Positions 50,845-62,420 of a DNA stretch of 64,000 nucleotides are shown piece after piece. The notes below the pieces were generated by a model. It saw only the letters and a list, made by a program, of their open reading frames with translations. It had not been told where the DNA came from and did not search any database. The translations under genes and the position numbers were made by a program. Origin of the DNA: Setoptus koraiensis (Eukaryota > Animalia > Arthropoda); NCBI GenBank assembly GCA_048013815.1, contig CM106586.1, positions 15,686,001-15,750,000 on the forward strand. Direction: 5' to 3'. Numbering within the stretch: the stretch's first letter is position 1; each line of letters begins with the position of its first letter.

Positions 50845-52219
50845 AATGTGACTTTTAACAGCCGTATAGTTCGATGAAATTGTCACATTGGATCAGTCTT
50901 GGATTGTAAGTTTGTGATATTGTTATCAAATTATGATGATTGAAATGATTGAATCGATGCCGATTATTGTTAGACAATAAATTAGCTTATATCTGCATAC
51001 CAGAACACAGAGAACAAATACCGAGACCAGAATCAATTTATGACTTTACGGGGGTTCTCGCAAGCGCGTCGCGTACCCCGCGGTACCCGAGTGAAGAGGA
51101 GCGACATCTAGCGACAACCGAGATCCCTAACTCACTGAGCCTGCAGATAACACACATCTGCCGCACATCGCTCACTCGATCTCACTCACACAATAAACAG
51201 TGTACAAAAAGCGACCTCGAACGGATTTTTCTTGAACTAGAGCCAAAGACATTGGCAGATTTCCACCCGGTACGTCTTCGAATCAATTTTCGATGAATTG
51301 ACTTTCGATGAAATGATCGTGTTTAGATGAATTGGGCAGTCGGTGAACTGGGTGAAGGTAAATTGAATGTGTCGATGAAATGATAGGGACCCAAATCACA
51401 CACACACACGCACACACACACACACAACGACGACTCGTCGTCGACGAGAGTTCTCAACAACAAAATATACATGACATGCATTTGTTGTATTGTGTGCGTG
51501 CGTGTGCAGGGAGAAAGTATAGATGTTGTATGGAGAAGAAAAATATATATAAACACACATCAGCTTGGAAAACCTTCTCCCAAGAATTCATCCCACGCCA
51601 TTATACATCTCATTCCAGAGAGCCCAATTATTTAACGGGTTTCCCATCGGAGCCTATTCAACAAATACACACAGTGGATTTTAACATGTTACTGGCACTT
51701 ATTTTAGGTTGATTGACACGTGCTCACAAACACAGTCCTACTGGACACGACAGGCTCTTCGTTCGTTTTAATCCGAAGGAGATTAGTAATTTTAGATCGA
51801 CGATCTCAGTATTAATTACAATTAACAAGATAAGTCTGTCAAGGAAGCGTTCGGTTCTAATCGCTAACTGCTACACGCTTCAAACAGTATCGACTAAACG
51901 CCGATTGTTGTATTGCAATTGACGACCATCAACTCAGACCATTGATAGCCATTTAAAGCCGGCGTGCTATACTCGCGAACATAAATATACCTCTGACGCC
52001 ACCCTACTTATTATTGTCCTTACAACAAGAGACAAAAAGAACACAACTCAGCAGACAGAACAAGCATACTGCTCTGAGTCTCTGGCTAGAGAAATTAACT
52101 CATCATATTTATGAACCATCACTCACATCATAGCCTGCAACTGATCTTAATATTGGCCCTATTATCACGACGAAGCTGATAGCTTGAATTTGATCTTAGT
52201 TTGTGACATATTGCTTGTT

Positions 52220-54390
52220 ATGGAATGCCCACATCTTTGTAAATTTGATAAGACATTAACCTCACCCAATTTGAGAATTCTCAATAACATTAAAACCATA
52301 GGCAAAAGTAACAAGACTACACAGAGTAAACGTTCTCAAAACAACATCCAGCATTGTTGCAAAGGTAACACATACATATAGCAATTTATTTCAGCGAATG
52401 ACTCTCTTGTGACACACACATGAGCAACTGATCAACTTAACTTCCTCTTTTCACTTTGCTTAGTTTGTAAATCGGACAGATCCCCATGGATGTGCGTTAT
52501 TTGTGGCCAAATTCACTGTGGAAGGTATATATAACCATATCTCACACAAGCTATAGAATTTTCCACACTAACATGTGTTAGACGCTAGCTCATAAATACC
52601 TCTTCTTGAAATCCCATTGTCACCCCAGATATGTGAATAGTCACGCCAAGGCTCATTATGAAGAGAATGATGGTCATTTTTTGGCGATCTGCTGTCATAG
52701 TAGATCTGCATTCTGGTAAGTGCTTGTGAAATGAAGAAGCCTCTTTCGAACCTTCATTCTGACTATTCTCGCTAAACGTCATCTTATAATTTCTATTTTC
52801 ATCATATTCTCCTATTCTCATACAGCTATGCATGTGATGATTATGTGATCAATGAAGTACAATCCAAAAGAATACAGCTCACGCTTGATCAATTACAGAA
52901 AAGTGATCCAATAGAAAATTCTAGTAATAGTGATGATCCTCAAAAAATACCAGTTGACGATCAAACTCCAAAGGTATATATCTTTCTACTGATTAGTCAG
53001 AGCATACTTAGCTATATTTGAATTGCTAGACAATCATCATTTGTATTATCCATTTACTTTCAGAGCTCTGCTTTAAAGACAAGACGTCTCAAACTGACTG
53101 GGATCAAGAATCTTGGAAATACTTGTTACATGAATAGTGTCCTACAATGTCTTAGCAAGATTCAATTGTTCACATCGTCGGTTGGACAACTCAGATACTT
53201 CAATGAGGACAATGTTGTAAATGATAGTAAAAAGAGGAAGCTAATGTCAACCACAGCCTCAAATGTTCCAAGATCCGAGTTGTGAGTATCTTGAACATAT
53301 CCAAGCTGATTCTCCGAACAGCGCTTTTTGTTTGTCTAAGCAAACTGACATTTTTCAACTTATGCTTGTTACTTCCATCCATAATAAGACTTTTCGAGGC
53401 TTTAAGGGACACATTATATTTGATCAAGAAGAGCGGAAAGTCCACCATCAAGCCTGAATCATTATTTACGATGGTAAGACAATATCGAAGAATTGGGCTC
53501 AATTTATAATTTACACCAATACTCTTCATTCACATCTTTTTTTATTTTTTTTTGTTCACCAGTTATGTAAAGTCCCCAGATTCAGAGGCTATCAGCAACA
53601 AGATGCTCATGAATTTTTGCGTTATGTCCTCGATCGCCTACATCAAGAATGTCTGGAAAATTGTCCGGTCCCTGAGAAAAAGGCTAATATGTGCTTCAAT
53701 GGTGGGATCGAAAGTAAAAAGGCCTCAATAATTGGAAATATTTTCGGCGGAATTTTGCAGAATGAAGTTAATTGCCTTGAATGTGGTTTCAAATCTCATA
53801 AATTCGACCCATTCTTAGATTTGTCTCTTGATATCCCAGTGCAACGAGCTACAGCAAATTTTGATGCAACATCATCAGACAACTCCAATTCATCATGCTC
53901 GTTGACAGATGAATGTCATCTTATCGACTGTCTCTCAAGCTTTATAGAACTTGAGGAATTAACCGAAACTGAGCTCTATTATTGCTCTAATTGTCAACAA
54001 AAACAGCGCTCAACCAAAAGGTTCTGGATAAGACGTCTACCCGATGTATTGTGTCTGCACCTCAAGCGCTTCAGATGGAATAATTATTTGCGTACGAAAT
54101 TGGACAATTACATAGAATTTCCAATTCAAGGTCTAGACATGAAGCGATTTGTTATGTCTAGCAAGCATGAGACCAGAGGCAGCTCTTGTGGGCCAACTAC
54201 TTACGATTTAGTTGCATTTATAGAGCATCATGGTTCGGGAGCCGGCTCAGGCCATTATACAGCATACGCCTATCATGACAAGTTCTGGTATCACTTTGAT
54301 GATTCCAGTGTCACTCCATGTGATGAAAGCCAAGTAAAACAATCAAAGGCCTATATTTTATTTTACAGTAGAAGAACGAATTTAAGTTAG
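52220..54390 (+). CDS. USP3: Ubiquitin carboxyl-terminal hydrolase 3-like (ZnF-UBP plus USP domain)
   Basis: Seven exons join in frame: 52220-52364, 52464-52524, 52629-52715, 52826-52973, 53064-53281, 53389-53473 and 53563-54390. Motifs: N-terminal MECPHL, ZnF-UBP ([34 protein letters not shown]), Cys box [31 protein letters not shown], and His box [22 protein letters not shown]. Confidence 0.92.
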
Positions 54391-55332
54391 GGTTTAGATA
54401 GGAAGTATGCATTTTTTAAGCATTGATTATTGAGTGTCGCTGAAAACTAACTCGAAAGGTTTTATGAAATTGTATGTACAGATGGACAGTATCAAGAAGA
54501 AATCAATCCGTACTGCTAACTACCAACTCGAATACTAATTAACTAAATGAAATTAAACTTAACAACAGTACAATATTACCCATGCCCCGAGCTTATCTCC
54601 AATCTTCAATCTGATAGAGCGGCACACATAATCGTGCCACAAATCTACTCAAAGTATGGTATTCATAGCTCTCACCTATCTACTTTTCGGTGCCTTTCTA
54701 TTTCTACTTCATATATACTGGATCTTATCACAGGCGACCTCTTGCGCTTCGGATCCATTTCAATCTCCTCACTCTAGGCTGTACCACTATGAAAGCAAGT
54801 TGCACAACCACATGACTCGTGCACTATGGGTTGAGGGCACTGTTGCTTTTGTCATAAATTGATGCACTCTTGGAGCCGTTTATGATATCTTCGAACTCTA
54901 CTCTCAAAACTTTCGGCCAGTCTCATCGAGCCGTCAGCACAGAGGAAAATATAAGATCCAGTTTGTTTCAAGCTGATCGACAGATTCTCAACCTATCAAT
55001 ATCAATTATTTATTGTGAATATGAATAGAAAATCAACAATCAACTATATCAATTGACCGCTTCCTATGGTGCTGGTCCCGGTGGTGACCAAGATTAGGCT
55101 TGAAGCTCATGGGTTGCCATTGCTCGGATGATCTGTCCTTCGTTTTCCTATGTATCGATTCCCAAAACTTCAGATTCTGGTGGGTATTCAAAAGTTTTAT
55201 CAAAGACTGCTTGCAATTGAACCCAGGCTTCTGTTACAATCTGTGAAAATATATTGAGTACCATGGACGATCAGACATTTCTACGTCTACAAACTACTGA
55301 GTGTGTTCTCGGCTTGATCTGCATTCGGCATC

Positions 55333-56016
55333 TCACGCCGCTCTAAGATGGATATAGTTTCTGGTAACACTTTCTAGTTTACTTACTTCTTTCACAGACG
55401 GATCTTTGTGCAATCTGTGCTGGCGGATGATTTCCCTGAAAATCCTCGCTGATGCAATCGGATTCATGTTCTCCGGTGCGAGAGAAACAGCTACTCTCAT
55501 TTTTACTTTGAGAGATATGTCTCGTGCAGTCGCAGCAGCTTCAAACATCTTGACTGCTCCCTTTCTTGCTGTTATGCTCATTTTATCATACTGATCTAAA
55601 TGTCTACTGTAGTGTTCATATAGCATGAGATAAGATTCACCGAACAGAACAAGCGTGTTGGCGTCAACGCCCGACTCGCGCCCCATCGCTACAGTTGTGT
55701 AATGTCTTAACTGATTGTAATGGCTATGGAATCCATCTGATGGCTCTCTAAACAGTATCGCGGCCCACTTGCAGACATAAGCATCAGTGGGATCCAGCGT
55801 AGCAGCAAGATGAGCATATTTCTGAGCTTCGGTGAGAAACTCAGAATTTTCCGCCAGGTTATGCATATACCACCTGCACCTAGCTAAGCGCCACAAAACC
55901 TGCGGATTGTGTTCATAATCGAGTGCCTTCAAAAGGTCATAAACTTTGCTATATTCTTTATCAACAGTAAGGATATCAGCATCATATATAGTTTCTTCTT
56001 AAATTCCGGTCATCAT
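55333..56016 (-). pseudogene. RMDN/FAM82-like TPR protein, divergent, with an in-frame TAA near the start (pseudogene or unresolved 5' exon)
   Basis: EETIYDADILTVDKEYSKVYDLLKALDYEHNPQVLWRLAR...EAQKYAHLAATLDPTDAYVCKWAAIL resembles the RMDN1 N-terminal TPR segment (LEQADYLY..LYQLL..DAELLWRLAR..EALEYAKRAL..HKWYAI). The in-frame ATGs at 56016 and 56013 are separated from the ORF by TAA at 56001-55999. Confidence 0.5.
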
Positions 56017-58013
56017 GGTCGCAAATTACAAATTTGTCACATCACTAATATGCACAATGAGCGCTTTCGCTGTAAATAGCAAAATGTTTGCGACGGAATG
56101 TGCCACCCATTTAATAGGCTCACGTGTTTGACACAGCTATCTACTGTGTGCGTTTTTTCCAATGGCTTTTCTCCCATCACTGCACTCACCACTCTGACGG
56201 CAGTTCATCACTGGCAGTTTACTCGCAAAACAGCTATACTGCATCACGGACTGCAACTCACGCCCACTCACACTCCATATGAAAATCTGAGTGCGCCGCC
56301 CTGGCGGCTTCTAAAAGAAATAGGAACAGTACACTATCGATCAAAAAAAAAGAGATAAGGAGCGTTTGGATGGATTGGATGACGAAATAATCGATCTAGA
56401 CGATCAATTACTCCCAGTGACGCTGGACACATGACGATATCTTGTGGTGTTACTGCTCTGGTTGACTTTAGAGCGACCTCAAACAAAAAGCAAACCTAAC
56501 CGCCTAATTTTCTATTTTGTAATGGCACCATTGACTGTAATGCTGTACGCAGACTGGAAGATTCGCTGGATCAGTTTGCACCACCAGAGAGGTTAATCAG
56601 CGAATACTGAACAAAACAAGAAGCGATGATCGGGGCGATTTCTATGCAAATCAAGAGGAGTTTATAATCTTACATGTAACATGTTAGCATGAACTCCGGC
56701 ACAACACTTGTTGATCGGATGTCAAACATCATCAACCTTCATTGTATTCTCAACTCGCTCGTGCCGGATGAAATGTTTCAGTGCCTCCTCGTTTCTAGAT
56801 TAGCTAAACCTCAGCATGGATTTATCTGTAAGCTGGCGTTAACGGACACTAGATCTACGCACCTATAAGATGCGTGCTATAAGATCATAGTCGGTAGACA
56901 GTTAGCTTCTCTTATCGTACGTAGAGCTTCCAATCTATCGATAAGAGTTGTTATAAACGATTCCATTGCAATATATTCTGATTTGCTCATTGTGTCCGAC
57001 GCAGAGATGCGACAGGCCAGGTACGGTGCCGGTATTCGACGCGGCTTTCGTGTTTGTGCGATCAGTGGCCATCACAAGGGCAGCTATTCTGTTTTGTATT
57101 GTGTATCATTCCAGGATTCCAAACACACATAGCCTCAACCGCGGACAGTGAGATATGTGTTGCAGATTGTTATAGAATCAGACAAACAACAATAATCGGA
57201 CAAAGTTCAGATTATATCACACGGAATCACACCTCTGCTTGGTGAGCCACTTCAGCTTTCAAATAGTTTGGGCAGGCGGGAAACAAGTAAGTCCGTTAAT
57301 TGCTTTGAGATTAGTCAAATTGAAGGTCAAGCTGATTCGCACTCGAGACTATTGCACATTCAATTGAACTGCAAAAAATCAAAAAAATGTTGATCGAATC
57401 ACTCTGGCATTTGTAAAGAGAGTTTCTGTCCATTCCTTAGTTATTTGCAAGGTTCTTTTGAACTTGACTAGATCTTCTTGTTCAGCGCTCAAACGGACAC
57501 AACAAGTTATGTTCTCACCAGTTATGTTCGGAACGCTAGTTATCGATTGGAAACGATAAAAAATTATAAAGTAAGTCCTGAACTTCAATGAACACTCATA
57601 TTTAGTAGTTCATATTTAGTAGTAGTAAATGGTGGTTGAATGAAAACAACAGAGACAATCAATGTCAAGAGTTTTTGGTTGAATTGTTTGTTCAGGTCAT
57701 TTCATTGTTTGAAGTCGACTCGAACAGCAGTTATTTGCGTTCTAAACAAAAAAAAAACTTGGGCTGTAGTTGATGGTCATTTTCCAATCAGTAAAACTTT
57801 GAAATACGTCCTTTTCTAAAGTAGTAATCTACACGTAAAATGACCAATTCGTTTCAATATTCACTCAACGCTTTCAATATTCGTCGGTTCGATTTTCAAA
57901 ACGATCTTTCCTATGAGGAGCCGTATCATCTCGACTATCCAATAATCAAGTAATAATACTTAATATATCTCCATTTTTTGACTGCAGGAGAGCTTGCAGA
58001 TTAAATCTATCAA

Positions 58014-58670
58014 ATGGGGAGCATAAATCGTCAAGAAGTATTTGAGTCGGCCGTGAACACAGTTCGGAGTATGCCAAAGAATGGACCATTTAAACCATCG
58101 GACGAAATTAAATTAAAACTCTATGCCTATTATAAACAAGCTACTTACGGATTCAATTATACACCAAGACCACGATTCTATGATCTGGTCAATATTTATA
58201 AGTGGAATGCTTGGAAAAAGCTTGGTTCTATGTCTAAAGATGATGCCAAACTAGCTTACATCCAGGAACTCAAAAATATTGTTCAATCGAAACTAATTGA
58301 TGGCGGGCAGTGCCCGCAGGAATTGATTGATATAATGGGTCCATTCTATGAATTTTGCCAGGCTGACAATCCTTCGATGTTTAAGACCAAACAAGATCAA
58401 AATCAACCAGCTATCAAAGGCACCATATATGAAATGAAAGAAAATTTGATCAAAGGCCACAATAATAAGAAGATTACCCACGACAATGAGCCAGTTTCAT
58501 CATCTCAAATCGATGAATATAATAGCGGAGTCGTGAGTGGAAGTGATAGATCTACCAATGGGTCAATTACTATATCCCCCAAAATAGATCTACAAACTAA
58601 CGGTACGTTCAAGCAACAATCAAATTTTCTACTCTCAAGGCAAGCCAACAATTGCTATGTTAACAGTTGA
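58014..58670 (+). CDS. ACBD5: Acyl-CoA-binding domain protein, ACBD4/5-like (3' structure uncertain)
   Basis: FESAVNTVRSMPKNGPFKPSDEIKLKLYAYYKQATYG...PRFYDLVNIYKWNAWKKLGSMSKDDAKLAYIQEL. The LPKNG..QP..E.L..Y..YKQAT pattern is typical of ACBD4/5. Confidence 0.8.
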   Translation: MGSINRQEVFESAVNTVRSMPKNGPFKPSDEIKLKLYAYYKQATYGFNYTPRPRFYDLVNIYKWNAWKKLGSMSKDDAKLAYIQELKNIVQSKLIDGGQCPQELIDIMGPFYEFCQADNPSMFKTKQDQNQPAIKGTIYEMKENLIKGHNNKKITHDNEPVSSSQIDEYNSGVVSGSDRSTNGSITISPKIDLQTNGTFKQQSNFLLSRQANNCYVNS

Positions 58671-58815
58671 AATAAATACTGACAAATCGACCGAATAATG
58701 CAAGATAACGGAGTTTTGGGAGGCAAATTCCTCAACACGATTCCCCCTGAGAATATTTCAACAAGTTGGAAAGTTCACATTAACATTTGTTTTCGTTTAT
58801 AGTTTCTTTTGGATA

Positions 58816-60233
58816 TCAGTCAGCCGAACTGAGCCTAGATTCTAATGAGAAGGTGGGAATTTTACATTCGAAGATATGACGATCTTCACATCTTTGCATC
58901 TTATATGTGCCCCACATGTAGCCACTGCTGGCCTCTAGATGCACATTACTACAATATTGAAAGGCAGACTCATTTTTGCTAAGAATGGGCTCGACGCCAG
59001 CGACACCTCTTCCCTCTACTTTTTCTATTGAATTTGCACCTTCCGCTAGATGGCTACGTATCCTCCAGCATCTCTCAAGTAGATGAACATCTTGATCGCA
59101 AAGGTTTTCTAGTCTCACGCAATATCTCCACCAGTTCTGACATCTAATGGGTCTACCATTTTCCAATATCTCCTGGCTTCCAAGGTAGAATGGTATAACA
59201 GTGACACGAATATTTTCTGTTGTTTCTTTATAGACGCCGGACAGATTAAGCCAGGGGAATCTGTTTTTCCAAGCAGTGAAAGATTCCGTAGGCTCGTACT
59301 TATGGTCGCCACTTGGACAACTTTTATATTTGAAGAATTCTTGAAATAACTCATGTTTGATGGGTATTTCCTCATGACTTGTGTAGGGCAGAACATCCTC
59401 ATGTGCAACATAGTCGGTACAAGGGATTGGCGCAAGGGAATGGTGGTGATATAAAAATGATACATTGTCGGTATGAATTCGTCGAGACTAAACGATAAGC
59501 GGAATAAATAAATAATGTTTGAAGAGTAAATATGAAATCACAGTTGTCACACAAAAGAGATCTGAGATGATAAGTTAGGAAGGTACTTACGACGTATTTA
59601 CAATCATCGGCGTGCATAAGGACTTGATAGTAAGGATGAGAGGTTGAATTTGGAACATGATTTACGGGGGGCTTGTAAGCCGTGTCAAAAGTTAATCCAT
59701 CGGACGGAGTTTCAGAGCTAACAAATTCAGAGAGCGGCTTGAAATTTCGTTTTTGAGTATTAACGCCATCGGTACTGTCGACAAATTGTGAACTTTTGCC
59801 TTGTTGGCTATCATGAACTTTGGCAAGCCATGGAAACAAAACCACCCCTCGGTAGCCGAAAATTCGGTGCAAGAACAGCTGACCAGTTTCGTATTGGCCC
59901 TCCAATTTGGGAGTTTCCAGGGGTCCTACTTCTATGAGCCTATAGATGCGAAATGTGTGTTATGTATTATGTAAATTATGTTTACACAATGACATTAGTA
60001 TCGGTTTGCGTTCCTTTTGTCAACACTCGATATCGAATGACAACTGGCCACTGGCTATTGTTAGCTTACCTGGTTGAATAGGCCCTAATGACTATATTGC
60101 CGTGGTTTATGTTTCCATTGTGACTAATAGCAATTTTGATTGATTTCGCCAGGCCATCATGATTGCACAACAAGTTTCGTTTCAAATAACAACTGGTGAT
60201 CCTCGTGACCATCTTGTTGCTAATTTGGAACAT
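58816..60233 (-). CDS. POLDIP2: Polymerase delta-interacting protein 2 (YccV-like plus ApaG/DUF525 domains)
   Basis: Exons 60233 (or 60212)-60070, 59939-59591 and 59487-58816 join through GT-AG introns of 130 and 103 nt. Motifs: YETGQLFLHRIFGYRGVVLFPW, YYQVL, DYVAHEDVLPYTS, ETTENIRVTVIPFYLG, WWRYCVRLENL, GRGVAGVEPIL..AFQY.S.V.L.ASSGYMWG, IPTFSLES. Confidence 0.93.
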
Positions 60234-61337
60234 AATAAAAAGATATTCAGGAGCAGTGATATAACAGTTGCCTTGAATCGTCCTGTTTTCCAATCAATCC
60301 AAATGCTGTTAGTTGATAATTAGTTAATTCTTGCCTTATACATAAATAAACAATAAATAAATGAGGTCAATCGAGAATAACAACAACAAATGTTTTCAAG
60401 ATCGCACGCATATCAAGAACCATATGTGGACCGTTCCTTCAACCTTTCGAGTGCTGCCACCTGGAATTGTTCGAACGAACATCCTAGTTCGCCGACAATT
60501 CTATTCCGTGGTGCGAATTCGAATCACGAATGTTTCTCAGAGAACATTCTAACAAGCCTATGTAGACACAAGCGAACACTTGCATAAGGTTCAGTCGAAC
60601 GCAATGTAATAAATGTGTAATAAACACCGTTGCATAGCCACTGTTTGTTACCACATCCAGCAAGAGTCTACTGTCGGAATTGTTTGTTTGTCTGCGAAAA
60701 ACAAATAATCGCGGCTTTCGTATTCATTTGTCAACTACCGAAAGCGTTGCAACAGTATCAACGAAAAGTTTGGTAATGAACAAACACAACACTCAAATGA
60801 CACATTTGTCCACATGTCATGCTGCTGCTTTATTGGACAGTGGCGAGCCAATAAGATAACGTAAAACAAACAAAAACAATGTTTGACAGCTAACAAGTTG
60901 TGAGCTAATAAGAGAAGTTTTATTTTTCAACTTGTGATTATCATTAGTGTATTTAATCTTAAACAAATATATTCATCAAGCTTATTATTGATAGTTTCTT
61001 GTCGGCCATGTCTCAGTTGTTGCAAGTTAGATTGTCATAAGCTCAAATTGAAAATCTTGTTCCTAGATCCGTCTTAGGTTTCAAACAAAATAAAATAACT
61101 TCAGAACGAACATAAGTTTTGTAACATGATAAACGCAAACATTGATGATGATGATGCCGATTGATTGTTGAATGTAGGTTGTAGAATGAGTGCTCAGATA
61201 TTAGTTGCATGCTGGTCACATTCACTCCATATAGAGTCAATTGATGCAGATCAATAATTCTAAGTGTGAGATGTGTATCGACGCCGATGCTGATTGGGTG
61301 GTCTGGCATCAAGATTCCTGACTAATTTACGGCTTAA

Positions 61338-62420
61338 TTAAGCCTTTGGTGTTGACAAGGTATGCGAACCTGAGCCCTTTCTTCGATAAATACAAACTTG
61401 GCATAATATAAGAAGATCTATGGTCACTTGTAATGTACCGCACAACCAGAATTGTTTGGGTGTGTTGCGTATAACAAAGTAGGCTGTCTTGTAGAGATCA
61501 CCCAGCAACCACATGAAGACCATACCCAAACTCATGCCTAAAACTGACTTCTTGCGAAAATTCTTGTACAACTGGGGCACACCTAACATAGACTCTATAA
61601 GCACCGACGCAAAACCGATCGCCTCAATCATGGCATTTTGATTGTTAATAATCAAAAGATACATTATACCAGACAAAATTATAGTAAATAAAGCTAGGAA
61701 CTCTAGAAAGCTTATGAATGTTGTCCATCTCCAAAAGTAACGAAAGTTGAGGCCTGTGTTGTGATGATGAGCGAAATTTTCATGCGAGATAGGACGGTTT
61801 TGTTAATGTCATGTGTTATATATATTATTACAGCTTCTGTCAGAAAGAATATTGCTGTGAAACTTTATCCATGTTTACTTACTGAAAAAATGATGTTTGC
61901 ATCTGCAATATGATTTAACTCTCACACATAGCTCCATTAAGAGAAGTTGACCAATGATCATAACGATACTTTGAATGAGTAAAGGAATCTCGAATGGACG
62001 ACCAACCCAGAAAGCTATTCTCAATATATTTGCGATTAGTTGAGTTAAACAAACATATGTAGAGAAACCAGAGCAGCTCTGGTTGCGATAAATAGTGCGG
62101 TATTGGGGAACATAGGGTAATAAGCAACCTATTATCACAGCGGTGGAACTAGAGTAATCTAATATCGTATAAAGCAATTTGATATTGTCAGGCGACATAA
62201 GAAAGTTTGATGATCCGTCTGTCGTAGATGAACCATTGTTGGGGTTTGTTGTTTCATATAGTGAGGAACTTAATGTTTGATTATCAAATAAATCTCCTGT
62301 TCGGGTTCCATTGATTGGTCCAAGTTCTGGTGAGGGCAGTATATCTAGAATTGGATTATCGCCGGATGTACTATTAATAGTTGTTGGTGAGGTATCATAA
62401 ATAGTCTCCTTTGAGTCCAT
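61338..62420 (-). CDS. SLC66A2: PQ-loop repeat-containing protein 1 (SLC66A2)
   Basis: Exon 1 is 62420-61883 (LPYVPQY..GFSTYVCL..LIANILRIAFW.G.PFEIPLLIQS). A 129-nt intron spans 61882-61754 (gtaagt...acacag). Exon 2 is 61753-61338 (FWRWTTF...IGFASVLIESMLGVPQL..MWLLGDLYKTAYF..PKQFWLCG.LQV..DLLILCQ). Confidence 0.92.

Noticed and set aside
50949-51296. 115-aa ORF upstream of USP3
   Set aside because: It starts at TTG and has no recognisable domain. It is probably UTR or promoter sequence, though not excluded.
54547-55260. Short ORFs including a hydrophobic 68-aa one (54656-54862)
   Set aside because: They lie in the convergent 3' regions of USP3 and the RMDN-like ORF, with no supporting homology or splice chain.
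56098-57588. Fragmented protein-like frames (possible decayed gene)
   Set aside because: Joining them needs several frameshifts or stops, and no family was recognised.
60361-61312. Short ORFs and a TTCGAATC T-loop-like motif at ~60517
   Set aside because: No cloverleaf can be built. The ORFs fall in the POLDIP2 promoter and PQLC1 3' UTR.
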